This document shows positions 37,501-46,875 of a DNA stretch of 64,000 bases, one piece after another. Location of the stretch: positions 1,353,994-1,417,993 of the forward strand of contig JBFXEV010000001.1 in assembly GCA_050179755.1 (NCBI GenBank). Direction: 5' to 3'. How positions within the stretch are numbered: position 1 is the first letter of the stretch; each line of letters starts with the position of its first letter. The notes beneath the pieces are model-generated. The model did not search any database and had not been told where the DNA came from. It saw only the letters and a list, made by a program, of their open reading frames with translations. The translations under genes were made by a program, and so were the position numbers. Origin of the DNA: Candidatus Babeliales bacterium (GTDB lineage: Bacteria; Babelota; Babeliae; Babelales; JBFXEV01).

Positions 37501-40194
37501 TTATGCCTGGCCCCTTACGTATGGCTGTTCAGGTTCAGGGCGAGGCTCCATGCCAAGCAGCTCATAGACTTCTTGAGCAGACATGGTCTCTTTTTCCATC
37601 AGAGCAGCAGCAATTTTTTCAAGTTTATCCCGATGCTCGGCCAAGAGAGTCATTGCCCTCTTTAATGAGCCCTCTAAAATAGCCTGCACTTCCTCATCAA
37701 TTAATGAACGCGTGCGTTCTGAATAATCATGCGGATTTGCCCGAGGATTATAGATAACCGGCCCAAGCTTTTCAGACATGCCCCATTGGCATACCATTGC
37801 TCGCGCCATAGAAGTGGCCGACGTAAAATCACTTTCTGCTCCTGCACCCAACGTATTACAAGCCAAGTGCTCGGCAGCTCTGCCACCCATGCACATTGCA
37901 ATATAGGCAAGGCACATTTCTTTGCTGCGTGTATATTTTTCACGATCAGGCAAGTGAAACGTCACCCCTAACGCAGGCCCACGAGGAACAATAGTTACTT
38001 TATAAAGCGGGTCAATATGCTCATGAGGCATTAAGAGCCCTACCAACGCGTGCCCTGCCTCATGATAAGCGGTAAGCCATAATTCTTGTTTAGTTGGAAA
38101 TACACTTTTTGATTCTTGCCCAATAATAATCTTATCACGTGCTTCATCAAGATCTGCCATAGTCACTGCCGCTCGTTCTTCTTTTTTAGTGGCGATCATG
38201 GCAGCTTCATTAACGAGCCCTGCCAAATGAGCGCCAGTCCACCCTGCAGTACCGCGGGCAACTTTTGAAAGATCTGCATCTTCACCCATTTTGATTTTAG
38301 CAGCATGAATGTTTAAAATTTGCTCACGGCTTTTTAAATCTGGGTATGGCACGTGAATCGTTTTATCAAATCTACCAGGGCGCACGAGTGCCTTATCAAG
38401 CATATCCGCTCTGTTGGTTGCAGCAATAATAATTACATCGCTATCTTTTGTAGAAAATCCATCCATTTCTGTAAGCAACTGATTTAACGTTTGCTCTTGC
38501 TCTTGTGAGCCATACGGCCCATGCGAGCGAGCCCGGCCAATCGTATCAATTTCATCAATAAATACAATAGATGGCGCATGCTTGCGGGCTTGTGCAAAAA
38601 GATCACGCACGCGCGCTGCTCCCACACCCACAAACACTTCCACAAATTCAGAGCCACTCACTGCAAAGAATGGTCTTCCCGCCTCGCCAGCCACTGCTTT
38701 TGCAAGCAAGGTTTTACCATTTCCTGGCTCACCTTCTAGCAAGATTCCGCGGTTCATATGAGCGCCAAGACGTTTAAATTTTTGAGGCTCTTTCAAGAAA
38801 GAAACAAAATCTTGAAGTTCTTCTTTGGCTTCATGAGCGCCCGCCACATCGGCAAATTTAACTTTTACCATAGAAGGCATAATCATTTTTACATGACTCT
38901 TGGTCATGCCCGCAGCACTTTCACCGCCACCACCAGACTCTTCATTGCCTTTAGTGCTCGTTACTTGTTTGACTGCTTTATCAAAATCACCTTTGGTAAC
39001 AATATCGCGGCCCGATTCACGCGATGCAATGATAGCTGCTTGATTGACTAAGTTGGCCAAATCAGAGCCGGTAAAGCCTGCTGTATCTTTGGCAACTTGT
39101 GCAAGATCAATAGCTGAATCTAATTTTACTTTGCTTGCATGAAGACGCAAAATTGTTTCTCTATCTTTCTCTTCTGGATACGGCACAACTATGTGACGGT
39201 CAAAGCGGCCCCGGCGCACCAGCGCCTTATCAAGAACTTCTGGGCGATTGGTTGCTGCTATAATAATAATATTTTGTTGTTTGCTTGAAAAACCGTCCAT
39301 TTCTGCAAGAAGCTGATTGAGTGTTTGCTCACGCTCATCGTTTCCGCCACCAATACCGCCACCACGATGTCGGCCAATTGCATCAATTTCATCAATAAAA
39401 ATTATGCAAGGCGCATGTTTGCGTGCCTGCGCAAAAAGATCACGCACGCGCGCTGCACCCACACCCACAAATACTTCTATAAAATCTGAGCCGCTCACGC
39501 TAAAAAATGGGCAATTTGCCTCCCCTGCCACTGCTTTTGCAAGCAACGTTTTACCATTACCCGGGTCACCAACAAGCAATATGCCGCTCGTCATTTGCGC
39601 GCCTAAACGGCGATATTTTTCTGGATTTCTTAAAAAATCTACAAAGTCCTTCAGGGCTTCTTTGGCAGTATCTGCTCCCGCAACATCTGCAAACGTGGTT
39701 TTAATAGTAGAAGGCATAAACATACGAGCGCGGTTTTTACCCATGCCAAAAATATTAGCACCACCGCCGCCGCCATTCTGGCCTTTCATCTGACGGAAAA
39801 AATACCATGCTGCAAGTAATGATAACAAAAACGCGCCAAATAAAAAGAAATGCCAGGTTTGAAAGCCCGAAGGCTCTACAATATGCACGTACACATCATG
39901 CGCAATGAGCTGGTCCATAATCGTTGAATTTTCAGGGATATTAGTCTCAAACTTTTGAGTGCCTTGCTTATAAACCCCATGAATACTCTTACCCGAAACT
40001 GTAACCGCCTTTACCTTATCCTGGTTAACTGCACTGACAAATTCTGAATATGAGATAACAGTAGTGTTAAGAATAATATGGCCAAGCTGCGATAATATAA
40101 TAAGAGATCCCACGAGCAGCACTACCATAACCACCAGATTGCGAGGACCGCCATTAAAGCCTTTAGGGTTCAAATTGGAAAACTTCTTTTTCAT
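37501..40194 (-). CDS. ftsH: ATP-dependent zinc metalloprotease FtsH with two tandem AAA+ modules
   Basis: Two TM helices, two Walker A ([16 protein letters not shown]), two Walker B (FIDEID), two SRH motifs, M41 HEAGH. Confidence 0.95.
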   Translation of the reverse strand: MKKKFSNLNPKGFNGGPRNLVVMVVLLVGSLIILSQLGHIILNTTVISYSEFVSAVNQDKVKAVTVSGKSIHGVYKQGTQKFETNIPENSTIMDQLIAHDVYVHIVEPSGFQTWHFFLFGAFLLSLLAAWYFFRQMKGQNGGGGGANIFGMGKNRARMFMPSTIKTTFADVAGADTAKEALKDFVDFLRNPEKYRRLGAQMTSGILLVGDPGNGKTLLAKAVAGEANCPFFSVSGSDFIEVFVGVGAARVRDLFAQARKHAPCIIFIDEIDAIGRHRGGGIGGGNDEREQTLNQLLAEMDGFSSKQQNIIIIAATNRPEVLDKALVRRGRFDRHIVVPYPEEKDRETILRLHASKVKLDSAIDLAQVAKDTAGFTGSDLANLVNQAAIIASRESGRDIVTKGDFDKAVKQVTSTKGNEESGGGGESAAGMTKSHVKMIMPSMVKVKFADVAGAHEAKEELQDFVSFLKEPQKFKRLGAHMNRGILLEGEPGNGKTLLAKAVAGEAGRPFFAVSGSEFVEVFVGVGAARVRDLFAQARKHAPSIVFIDEIDTIGRARSHGPYGSQEQEQTLNQLLTEMDGFSTKDSDVIIIAATNRADMLDKALVRPGRFDKTIHVPYPDLKSREQILNIHAAKIKMGEDADLSKVARGTAGWTGAHLAGLVNEAAMIATKKEERAAVTMADLDEARDKIIIGQESKSVFPTKQELWLTAYHEAGHALVGLLMPHEHIDPLYKVTIVPRGPALGVTFHLPDREKYTRSKEMCLAYIAMCMGGRAAEHLACNTLGAGAESDFTSATSMARAMVCQWGMSEKLGPVIYNPRANPHDYSERTRSLIDEEVQAILEGSLKRAMTLLAEHRDKLEKIAAALMEKETMSAQEVYELLGMEPRPEPEQPYVRGQA

Positions 40195-40395
40195 TCATAT
40201 CCTATTTGTTAAGTTCGTATAAAAATAGCTGGATCAAGCAGAGAGAATACCTCCGTAAGCCCTACTCTCTGCCAGTATAGCATAAAAAGATATATTCTAA
40301 TAGGACAATAGCCATAAGAAATCACTCAAGCCGCTAGAAAGGAAGCTTTTAATATAATTACAAGTGTTGAGCAAAGCCCTCACTGTTTTCCAGGA

Positions 40396-40911
40396 CTAAG
40401 CTGTCACCTTAGAATTCGCCTGCGACTTTTCAACTATATCCAAAAACCAAATATCATGTGCTTCTTCAGCAAAAGTGTTCTCATAGTTTTTAAGAAAAGC
40501 ATAAAACGCTTGCGTTTTCTCTTTTGAAGGAGAAGGCGTATCAATTTCTGGATTATGATGCATAAAATGACCAGCATATGTAGTACCAAATTGAGCATAT
40601 TCTTTGGTAAATAATATGAATGAATGCCAAAGATTATCTACATCACGGCTATACATACCAATGTTCTCTTTGTTTTTATTAAGTGCACAAAGTATAAGAT
40701 AGCGCTTGAGTTCTCGTTCTAAAATAACAATATCTTCATCACTATAACCAAAATCTTTTTGGCATCGTTTGGTCATATGCTCCATGGGATAATTCATTAT
40801 GCCAGTTATTATCTGCTCTTTACTTGGTTTGGAAAGGTAAGCCTTTAAGTACGTAAAGCACATTACGAGCAAAGTTGAAAATACAATAAGCGTCAAATTT
40901 TTTATATTCAT
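40396..40911 (-). CDS. DUF1399/GRDP (TIGR04222-domain)-like protein with signal peptide
   Basis: ELKRYLIL...SRDVDNLWHSFILFTKEYAQF...GHFMHHNP family motif (recalled). Confidence 0.7.
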   Translation of the reverse strand: MNIKNLTLIVFSTLLVMCFTYLKAYLSKPSKEQIITGIMNYPMEHMTKRCQKDFGYSDEDIVILERELKRYLILCALNKNKENIGMYSRDVDNLWHSFILFTKEYAQFGTTYAGHFMHHNPEIDTPSPSKEKTQAFYAFLKNYENTFAEEAHDIWFLDIVEKSQANSKVTA

Positions 40912-40936
40912 GTTAATTTGTATCTTTACATAGCAA

Positions 40937-40964
40937 AAGAGCTGCAGATAATACTACAGCTCTT
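40937..40964 (-). terminator. Stem-loop between peptide gene and DUF1399-like gene
   Basis: Minus strand AAGAGCTGTAG-TATTAT-CTGCAGCTCTT, 11-bp stem followed by a short T-run. Confidence 0.65.
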
Positions 40965-40995
40965 AGTAAATTAATTCGTTGTAAAAGGCAAAAGT

Positions 40996-41214
40996 TTAAT
41001 CTCCGCCACCGCAACCATTACAACCTTCAAGATCACAAACAGGCACAACATTAATAGGATGGCTACCAGAAACATCAGATGCATGATCAGCTTTAATATT
41101 CTGTTTTATGTTTGCTATAGCAGAATTTGCTTGCGCAATTCTGTTTTTTACAGAACATTCCACTTGTGTAGCAATTGCACAAATTATGAGAGCAGCAAAA
41201 AATTTATTGTTCAT
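40996..41214 (-). CDS. Small secreted peptide with Cys/Gly-rich C-terminus
   Basis: 72 aa; AAGGGA RBS; signal peptide; ends PVCDLEGCNGCGGGD. Confidence 0.7.
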   Translation of the reverse strand: MNNKFFAALIICAIATQVECSVKNRIAQANSAIANIKQNIKADHASDVSGSHPINVVPVCDLEGCNGCGGGD

Positions 41215-41484
41215 GTGTGGTTTCCCTTTAGTTGATTGTTAATGTCCCTTACATAATTACTATAGCACATATATTACTTAAGTAACTATATTCAACATCT
41301 CATTCAACGTTAATTAACATCTTATTAATAAACTTACCTAGCGCCCTAGGGCCTTATAATATTAATAATGATTATAATTTCAACAGGATTAAATAGTAAC
41401 AAATTGAAATATTTTGTATTTTCAATTATGATATCATTAACATTTATTAACACTTCTAAAGGAATCTCAAAGATTGGAGCAAAG

Positions 41485-41919
41485 TTGAGCAAACATAATC
41501 AAAATAACAAAGCACTCTTACATTTTAGAGAGCCACTTATTCTCTCAAACCTTATTCTGGCAATGAAAGAATCGTTGCCAGAACTAGAAGCCGCTTTTAA
41601 CGAATATCAAGATGATTTACTGCAAACTGGCGAATATGATCAAGGTTATTTTTCCTATATTTTTAATCCATATTTACAGGAGTTTTTACAATCCAAACAA
41701 AAACACCCTAACCAACTGGGTAAGCGAATATTCCATTATTTAGAAAGAATGGCACGCAGCCCTGAGTGGACGGTAGTTAATGTTTTGGCTGTGGTGATAC
41801 TTGAGCATCTTAGTCCTCACCAATTGGAAGTTGCACGCCAGTATATGGGGCCAAAGACCAAGGAAATTCTAAAAGATATACAACAATATTGGAGAGATCT
41901 TCATGCAGCGCAAAAGTAA
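41485..41919 (+). CDS. Immunity-like helical protein (DUF7674-like), paralog of 48748-49161
   Basis: PELE...F.PYL..FL...HPN.LGKR.F.YLE.M...ILE.L...QLE.A..YMG.KTKEILK; start uncertain (TTG 41485 after GGAG; ORF open from 41368). Confidence 0.65.
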   Translation: MSKHNQNNKALLHFREPLILSNLILAMKESLPELEAAFNEYQDDLLQTGEYDQGYFSYIFNPYLQEFLQSKQKHPNQLGKRIFHYLERMARSPEWTVVNVLAVVILEHLSPHQLEVARQYMGPKTKEILKDIQQYWRDLHAAQK

Positions 41920-42451
41920 AAAAGAACTGATAGTGCATAGTAACCAAGCAAGAAAGTTATCACTTCTATTATTGCCCTTTTTTGGCTGGCTCGCGTTTGA
42001 TATATTTTCCTATATTTCTGATTGGTCAGTGCTTAACGCTCTTGCCGGCGCGCGTTATATTAAATGGGTGCTTACGTTCGCATTGCTAATATTTCTAGTA
42101 CGTTTGACCGTCATTTTTTGTAGGCTTTTTTGGCGTTATGTAACGAGGGCTCCTGCTGTTGTTCTTAACGATGAAGGTTTATGTCTGGAAAATTTTGGTC
42201 TTATTCCTTGGGAGAACGTGGAGCATCTTGAAAAATGGATTAGTAATCCTTTAAATATACCGGGTGAAGAACTTGTGGGCCTTGCAATCAGCTTTAAGAA
42301 TCCTGAGTTGGTGTTTAATAAAGGTTGGTTACATCAAAAAATAATATATATGTTAAAAACGCATAATTCTTTATATCATGTGCTCGTGCAACATCTTGAT
42401 CGTGATCCTCAGGAAGTTGCCCAGTTTGCCAAGCATTTTATACAAAAGTAA
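41903..42451 (+). CDS. Membrane protein, STM3941-like (2 TM plus PH-like domain)
   Basis: Two TM helices then PAVVLNDEGL...GLIPWENV. Confidence 0.6.
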   Translation: MQRKSKKELIVHSNQARKLSLLLLPFFGWLAFDIFSYISDWSVLNALAGARYIKWVLTFALLIFLVRLTVIFCRLFWRYVTRAPAVVLNDEGLCLENFGLIPWENVEHLEKWISNPLNIPGEELVGLAISFKNPELVFNKGWLHQKIIYMLKTHNSLYHVLVQHLDRDPQEVAQFAKHFIQK

Positions 42452-42459
42452 ACATAATC

Positions 42460-43047
42460 ATGAAAACCTTGTTACCATTACACAAAGCTTCTAAGCAAAA
42501 TAAAATTGAAAAAGTAAAAGCTTTGCTTGAGCAAGGAGCTGATGTACATGCAAAGGATGTGCATGGAAGAACCGCGCTCCATATTGCAGCTCTTGATGGG
42601 CACCTTGAGGTAGTGAAGCTGTTACTTGCACATGGAGCTACCGTATCAACAAAAGATACTGCTGATAAATTTACGGCGTTAGAACTTGGAGCATGTTATG
42701 GCCATACGCCCGTTGTTATTGCGCTCATTAATCATGGTGCGGATGTGAATACTCTAAGCAAAGATCGCGTGAGTGCGTTACATTTGGCATGTGGCCAAGG
42801 GCATCATGATACAGTTAAAGTATTGTTATCTCATGGTGCTAACATACAAGCAAAAAATAGTCTGGGCAGTACGCCGCTCCATTATGCAGCAGTTACCGGT
42901 CACCTAGCAGTAGTTGAGTTGTTACTTGCGCAGGGGGCTGATGTGCATGCAAAAGGGATGTATGGCGAGACTGCAAAAAATATGGCATTACAAGCTGGTT
43001 ATACAGAAATTGCACATATACTTGAACAGTATGCAACCAATACGTAA
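42460..43047 (+). CDS. Ankyrin repeat protein
   Basis: Repeated G.TALH.AA..GH..VV.LLL..GADV units. Confidence 0.92.
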   Translation: MKTLLPLHKASKQNKIEKVKALLEQGADVHAKDVHGRTALHIAALDGHLEVVKLLLAHGATVSTKDTADKFTALELGACYGHTPVVIALINHGADVNTLSKDRVSALHLACGQGHHDTVKVLLSHGANIQAKNSLGSTPLHYAAVTGHLAVVELLLAQGADVHAKGMYGETAKNMALQAGYTEIAHILEQYATNT

Positions 43048-43170
43048 TGGATTTAAGTCCCCTTTGGCCAAGGACCAATTTTGTAAACAAGGGGTAATAA
43101 TGGTATGCTTTATGTTAATAGTAGTGGCTATATTATATCTATAAAATTTTACTAATAGTAAATAAACGAC

Positions 43171-43650
43171 GTGAATCAAGTGCAACAAACTTTTGCTGAA
43201 ATAAGCAAAAATCTAATTGGGCAAAAAGTCAGCGCTATTAAATTAGGCGTTGGCAGTTTTTTAACTCTTGATTTTGGCCAGTTGCATACAAAACTTACAA
43301 AAACCAAAACAGGAAAAGAACTGATTCATACGTTTGGGGAATGGCATCTGTGGGTATATATGTGTGCTTGGCGAATTGATAAAAATGGAAAGCCATATAT
43401 TGCTTCATCTGATGATCGCACAAAAATTGCTCAAATAATAAAAGAACTTTTTGACACTGTTCTTACAAAATGGGAATTGTTAAATCCTTCATTGGATACT
43501 AAATGGTATTTTGATGATCATATAACGCTCACGTTATTTAATACCAGCACTGAAGATGAAGATCAATGGTTGTTATTTACGCCTGAAGACATGGTATTAA
43601 CCATTGGTCCCGGTGATACGTGGACGTACCAGCCTTCTGGTGCCAATTAA
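43171..43650 (+). CDS. Hypothetical immunity-like protein
   Basis: 159 aa; GSFLTLDFG...GEWHLWVYMCAWRI...QWLLFTP motif recalled from genes next to polymorphic toxins. Confidence 0.6.
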   Translation: MNQVQQTFAEISKNLIGQKVSAIKLGVGSFLTLDFGQLHTKLTKTKTGKELIHTFGEWHLWVYMCAWRIDKNGKPYIASSDDRTKIAQIIKELFDTVLTKWELLNPSLDTKWYFDDHITLTLFNTSTEDEDQWLLFTPEDMVLTIGPGDTWTYQPSGAN

Positions 43651-43675
43651 ATTTACTTACATTGCAGGAATATGA

Positions 43676-44437
43676 ATGCAAACTTTTTCAAAAGAATCAT
43701 TAGTAGATGCTGTACTGCATAATGATGTATCACGAGCAACAGCTCTGCTTGCACAAGGCATTGATGTAAATGATAAAAATGTGCATGGCTGGACGGCGTT
43801 ACATCTTGCTGCACAATGTGGGCAAAAAGAGCTTGTGGAATTGTTGCTCAGCCATGGTGCTCAAATTCAAAATAAAGGTACTTGTGATATTACGCCACTC
43901 CATTTGGCGTCACTTACCGGGCAATCTGAAGTTGTTATGGTGTTGCTAGCGCATGATGCGTGGGTGGATGCTCAAGATCAAATTGGTAGAACACCGCTCC
44001 ATATGGCAGCACAGGGTGGAAATGTTGATGTTGTTGCATTTTTGCTTGCACGTGATGCAAACATGTACCTTAAAGAAAATATGCAAGGCCATACTCCTTT
44101 AAAAGTCGCACAAGCTCATGGCAATCAAGCGGTAGTCGATTTGTTTCTTGAACAGCAAGCATTCCAAATAAATGATGCTGCTTATGAAGATAACAAAGAA
44201 CAGGTCGCTTATTTGCTATCACAAGGTGTTTCTATTAACGCAAAAACTGATGATGCAAGGCCGTTGCTGCGTGCTGCATTTGAAGGTCACAAGGAAATGG
44301 TAGAATTGCTGCTTGCACATGGGGCTGATGTTCAAATAACAGATCAAGATGGTAATACAGCTGCCATGCTTGCGCAAGAAGAAGGCCATACAGAAATTGT
44401 GCAGTTACTTGAGCAGCACGGAAAAAATAAAATTTAA
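43676..44437 (+). CDS. Ankyrin repeat protein
   Basis: Multiple ANK repeats in two blocks. Confidence 0.92.
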   Translation: MQTFSKESLVDAVLHNDVSRATALLAQGIDVNDKNVHGWTALHLAAQCGQKELVELLLSHGAQIQNKGTCDITPLHLASLTGQSEVVMVLLAHDAWVDAQDQIGRTPLHMAAQGGNVDVVAFLLARDANMYLKENMQGHTPLKVAQAHGNQAVVDLFLEQQAFQINDAAYEDNKEQVAYLLSQGVSINAKTDDARPLLRAAFEGHKEMVELLLAHGADVQITDQDGNTAAMLAQEEGHTEIVQLLEQHGKNKI

Positions 44438-44451
44438 TTTAGGGGCGATAA

Positions 44452-45429
44452 ATGCAAAATTTTTCTATTGAAGCATGGATTGATGCAGTATCAAAGAATA
44501 ATATTCCACAAGTAAAAACATTGCTTGCACAAGGTATTGACCTTAATAGTAAAGATACCCATGGTACGGCATTACATTATGCAGCCAATTATGATTATCA
44601 AGAACTGGTTGAATTATTAATTGCGAGTGGCGCTGATATACATGCAAAAAATAAACAAAACTGGACTCCATTACATACTGCCTCGCAATATGGATCTCTA
44701 AAAAGTGCCCACATATTAATAGCACATGGTGCAGATGTACATGCAAAAGATTTAGATAATTATAGTCCATTACATTATGCAGCCGCGGAAAATTTTGGAA
44801 ACATAGCTGAATTATTAATAATGAGTGGTGCTGTAGTGGACGCAAGGACTGAATATAATTGGACTGCATTACACCTTGCAATTCAGAATGGCTTAGAAAA
44901 AATTGTAGCATTATTAATAGCGAGCGGCGCTCAAGTGAATGATGTTATAGATAAGCAGACGCCATTACAGAAGGCTTCTCTTTATGGTTATGAAAAAATA
45001 GTGCAACTATTACTAGAGCATGGTGCTGACGTGAATGCAAAAAATGATGATGGCTGGACTGTGTTAATGCTGGCTTGCCTCTCCGGGCATAAAAAAGTTG
45101 TAGAATTACTCATAGCTTTTGCTGCAGATGTTAATGCCAAAAGTATAGACAATTGGACTGCATTACATGTTGTTTCACAAAATGGACACGGAGCGGTAGC
45201 TGAATTGCTTATAGCTGGTGCTGCAGATGTTAATATAGTCAGTGGTGCTGGCACTGCTTTGCACTTGGCAGCATTTGAAGGATACAAAGAAATAGTCGCA
45301 TTACTGCTCTCACATGGGGCTGATATAACACTACTCGATAGAGATAACAAGACAGCTGCCATGATTGCGCAAGAAGAAGGCCATACAGAAATTCTGAAAC
45401 TATTAAATCAGTATGTAAAGAACGACTAG
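44452..45429 (+). CDS. Ankyrin repeat protein
   Basis: About 9 ANK repeats. Confidence 0.92.
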   Translation: MQNFSIEAWIDAVSKNNIPQVKTLLAQGIDLNSKDTHGTALHYAANYDYQELVELLIASGADIHAKNKQNWTPLHTASQYGSLKSAHILIAHGADVHAKDLDNYSPLHYAAAENFGNIAELLIMSGAVVDARTEYNWTALHLAIQNGLEKIVALLIASGAQVNDVIDKQTPLQKASLYGYEKIVQLLLEHGADVNAKNDDGWTVLMLACLSGHKKVVELLIAFAADVNAKSIDNWTALHVVSQNGHGAVAELLIAGAADVNIVSGAGTALHLAAFEGYKEIVALLLSHGADITLLDRDNKTAAMIAQEEGHTEILKLLNQYVKND

Positions 45430-45437
45430 GACTATCT

Positions 45438-46127
45438 ATGAAAAGTTCATCAACATTTGAGCTACATAAAGCAATTGAACAAAATAATATCTCACTCGTT
45501 CAATCATTACTTGCTGAGGGAGCAGATCTTAATGCCAAAAATATAGAAGGTATGACAGCCTTTGAACTTGCAGCAAGTTGTGGGCACATCGAAATTATTC
45601 TTTTATTAATCAAAAGTGGCGCTGCTGTACATGCAACAAATAACTCTCATTCAACACCTCTACATGATGCATCTGCTAGTGGCCAAAAAAAGATTGTTCA
45701 AGTACTAATTGACCATGGTGCACATGTAAACGCAAAAGCAGATAAGAATATTACTCCTCTACATATGGCCACATTGAATGGCCATCAAGAAGTAGTTGCA
45801 TTATTGTTGGCACATAACGCTGATATGGAGGTGCAGGAAAGTGTAAAAGATCTTACCGCTTTAGAACTTGCATCTGCGCGAGGTCACCGTGAAATTGTTG
45901 CCTTACTTCTCATGCATGGTGCCAAGGTGAATGCAAAGTCTAAAGGAAGAACAGCATTGCAGTTTGCAGCAGCCTATGGCCACATAGAAGTCGTAGAGAT
46001 GTTACTAACCAGTGGAGCAGATACCACCATTAAAGACGAAACTGATCTTACTGCCGATATGATTGCGCTGAGGGAAGGTTACGTAGAAATTGCACATTTG
46101 ATTGTGCAATATGAAAATACAAAATAA
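45438..46127 (+). CDS. Ankyrin repeat protein
   Basis: About 6 ANK repeats. Confidence 0.92.
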   Translation: MKSSSTFELHKAIEQNNISLVQSLLAEGADLNAKNIEGMTAFELAASCGHIEIILLLIKSGAAVHATNNSHSTPLHDASASGQKKIVQVLIDHGAHVNAKADKNITPLHMATLNGHQEVVALLLAHNADMEVQESVKDLTALELASARGHREIVALLLMHGAKVNAKSKGRTALQFAAAYGHIEVVEMLLTSGADTTIKDETDLTADMIALREGYVEIAHLIVQYENTK

Positions 46128-46197
46128 GCTTTGAGATTTGGCAAAGCAACTTCAATACTAAAAAAAATTGGTAGCGTTATAAACAGTAAGGCCAAGT

Positions 46198-46875
46198 GTG
46201 CAAAAATTCCCCAAACTAGTATTGCATAAAGCAGCATCAAAAAATGATATCGCCCAAGTAAAAACGCTCTTGGCGCATGGTGCTCATGTTAATGCAAAAG
46301 ATACAAAGAATAGGACCGCTTTGCATCATGCAGCAGAACGTGGTTATTTAGAGATAGTTACTTTGTTGCTTGCACAGGGAGCAGATGTTAATGCCAAAGA
46401 CGCTATAGATGGTGGTTTTACGCCATTACAATGTGCAGCTTGGCGTGGTCACACGGAAGTTGTTAAATTACTGCTAAAGCATGGTGCTGATGTACATGCA
46501 AAAACCGCCGGTGGATGGACTTCTTTATCTTTTGCAGCACAGGCTGGTCATAAGGAAGTCATTGCAGCATTATTGGCACATGGAGCACAGATGAATGCAA
46601 AAGATGGCCTTGATTGGACAGCGTTACAAATGGCAGCATCCCATGGGCATACAGATGTGGTTGAATTACTGCTGGTGCATGGTGCTGATGTGAATATAGC
46701 CAGTGATGCTGGCACTGCTTTGCACCTTGCAGCATTTGAAGGATACAAAGAAATAGTCCAGTTACTGCTCTCACATGGTGCTGATATAACACTACTCGAT
46801 AGAGATAGCAAGACAGCAGCTATGATTGCGCAAGCAGAAGGCCATCAAGAAATTGTAGAGCTTTTTAAGATATAG
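46198..46875 (+). CDS. Ankyrin repeat protein
   Basis: About 6 ANK repeats; 3' end nearly identical to that of 44452-45429. Confidence 0.92.
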   Translation: MQKFPKLVLHKAASKNDIAQVKTLLAHGAHVNAKDTKNRTALHHAAERGYLEIVTLLLAQGADVNAKDAIDGGFTPLQCAAWRGHTEVVKLLLKHGADVHAKTAGGWTSLSFAAQAGHKEVIAALLAHGAQMNAKDGLDWTALQMAASHGHTDVVELLLVHGADVNIASDAGTALHLAAFEGYKEIVQLLLSHGADITLLDRDSKTAAMIAQAEGHQEIVELFKI

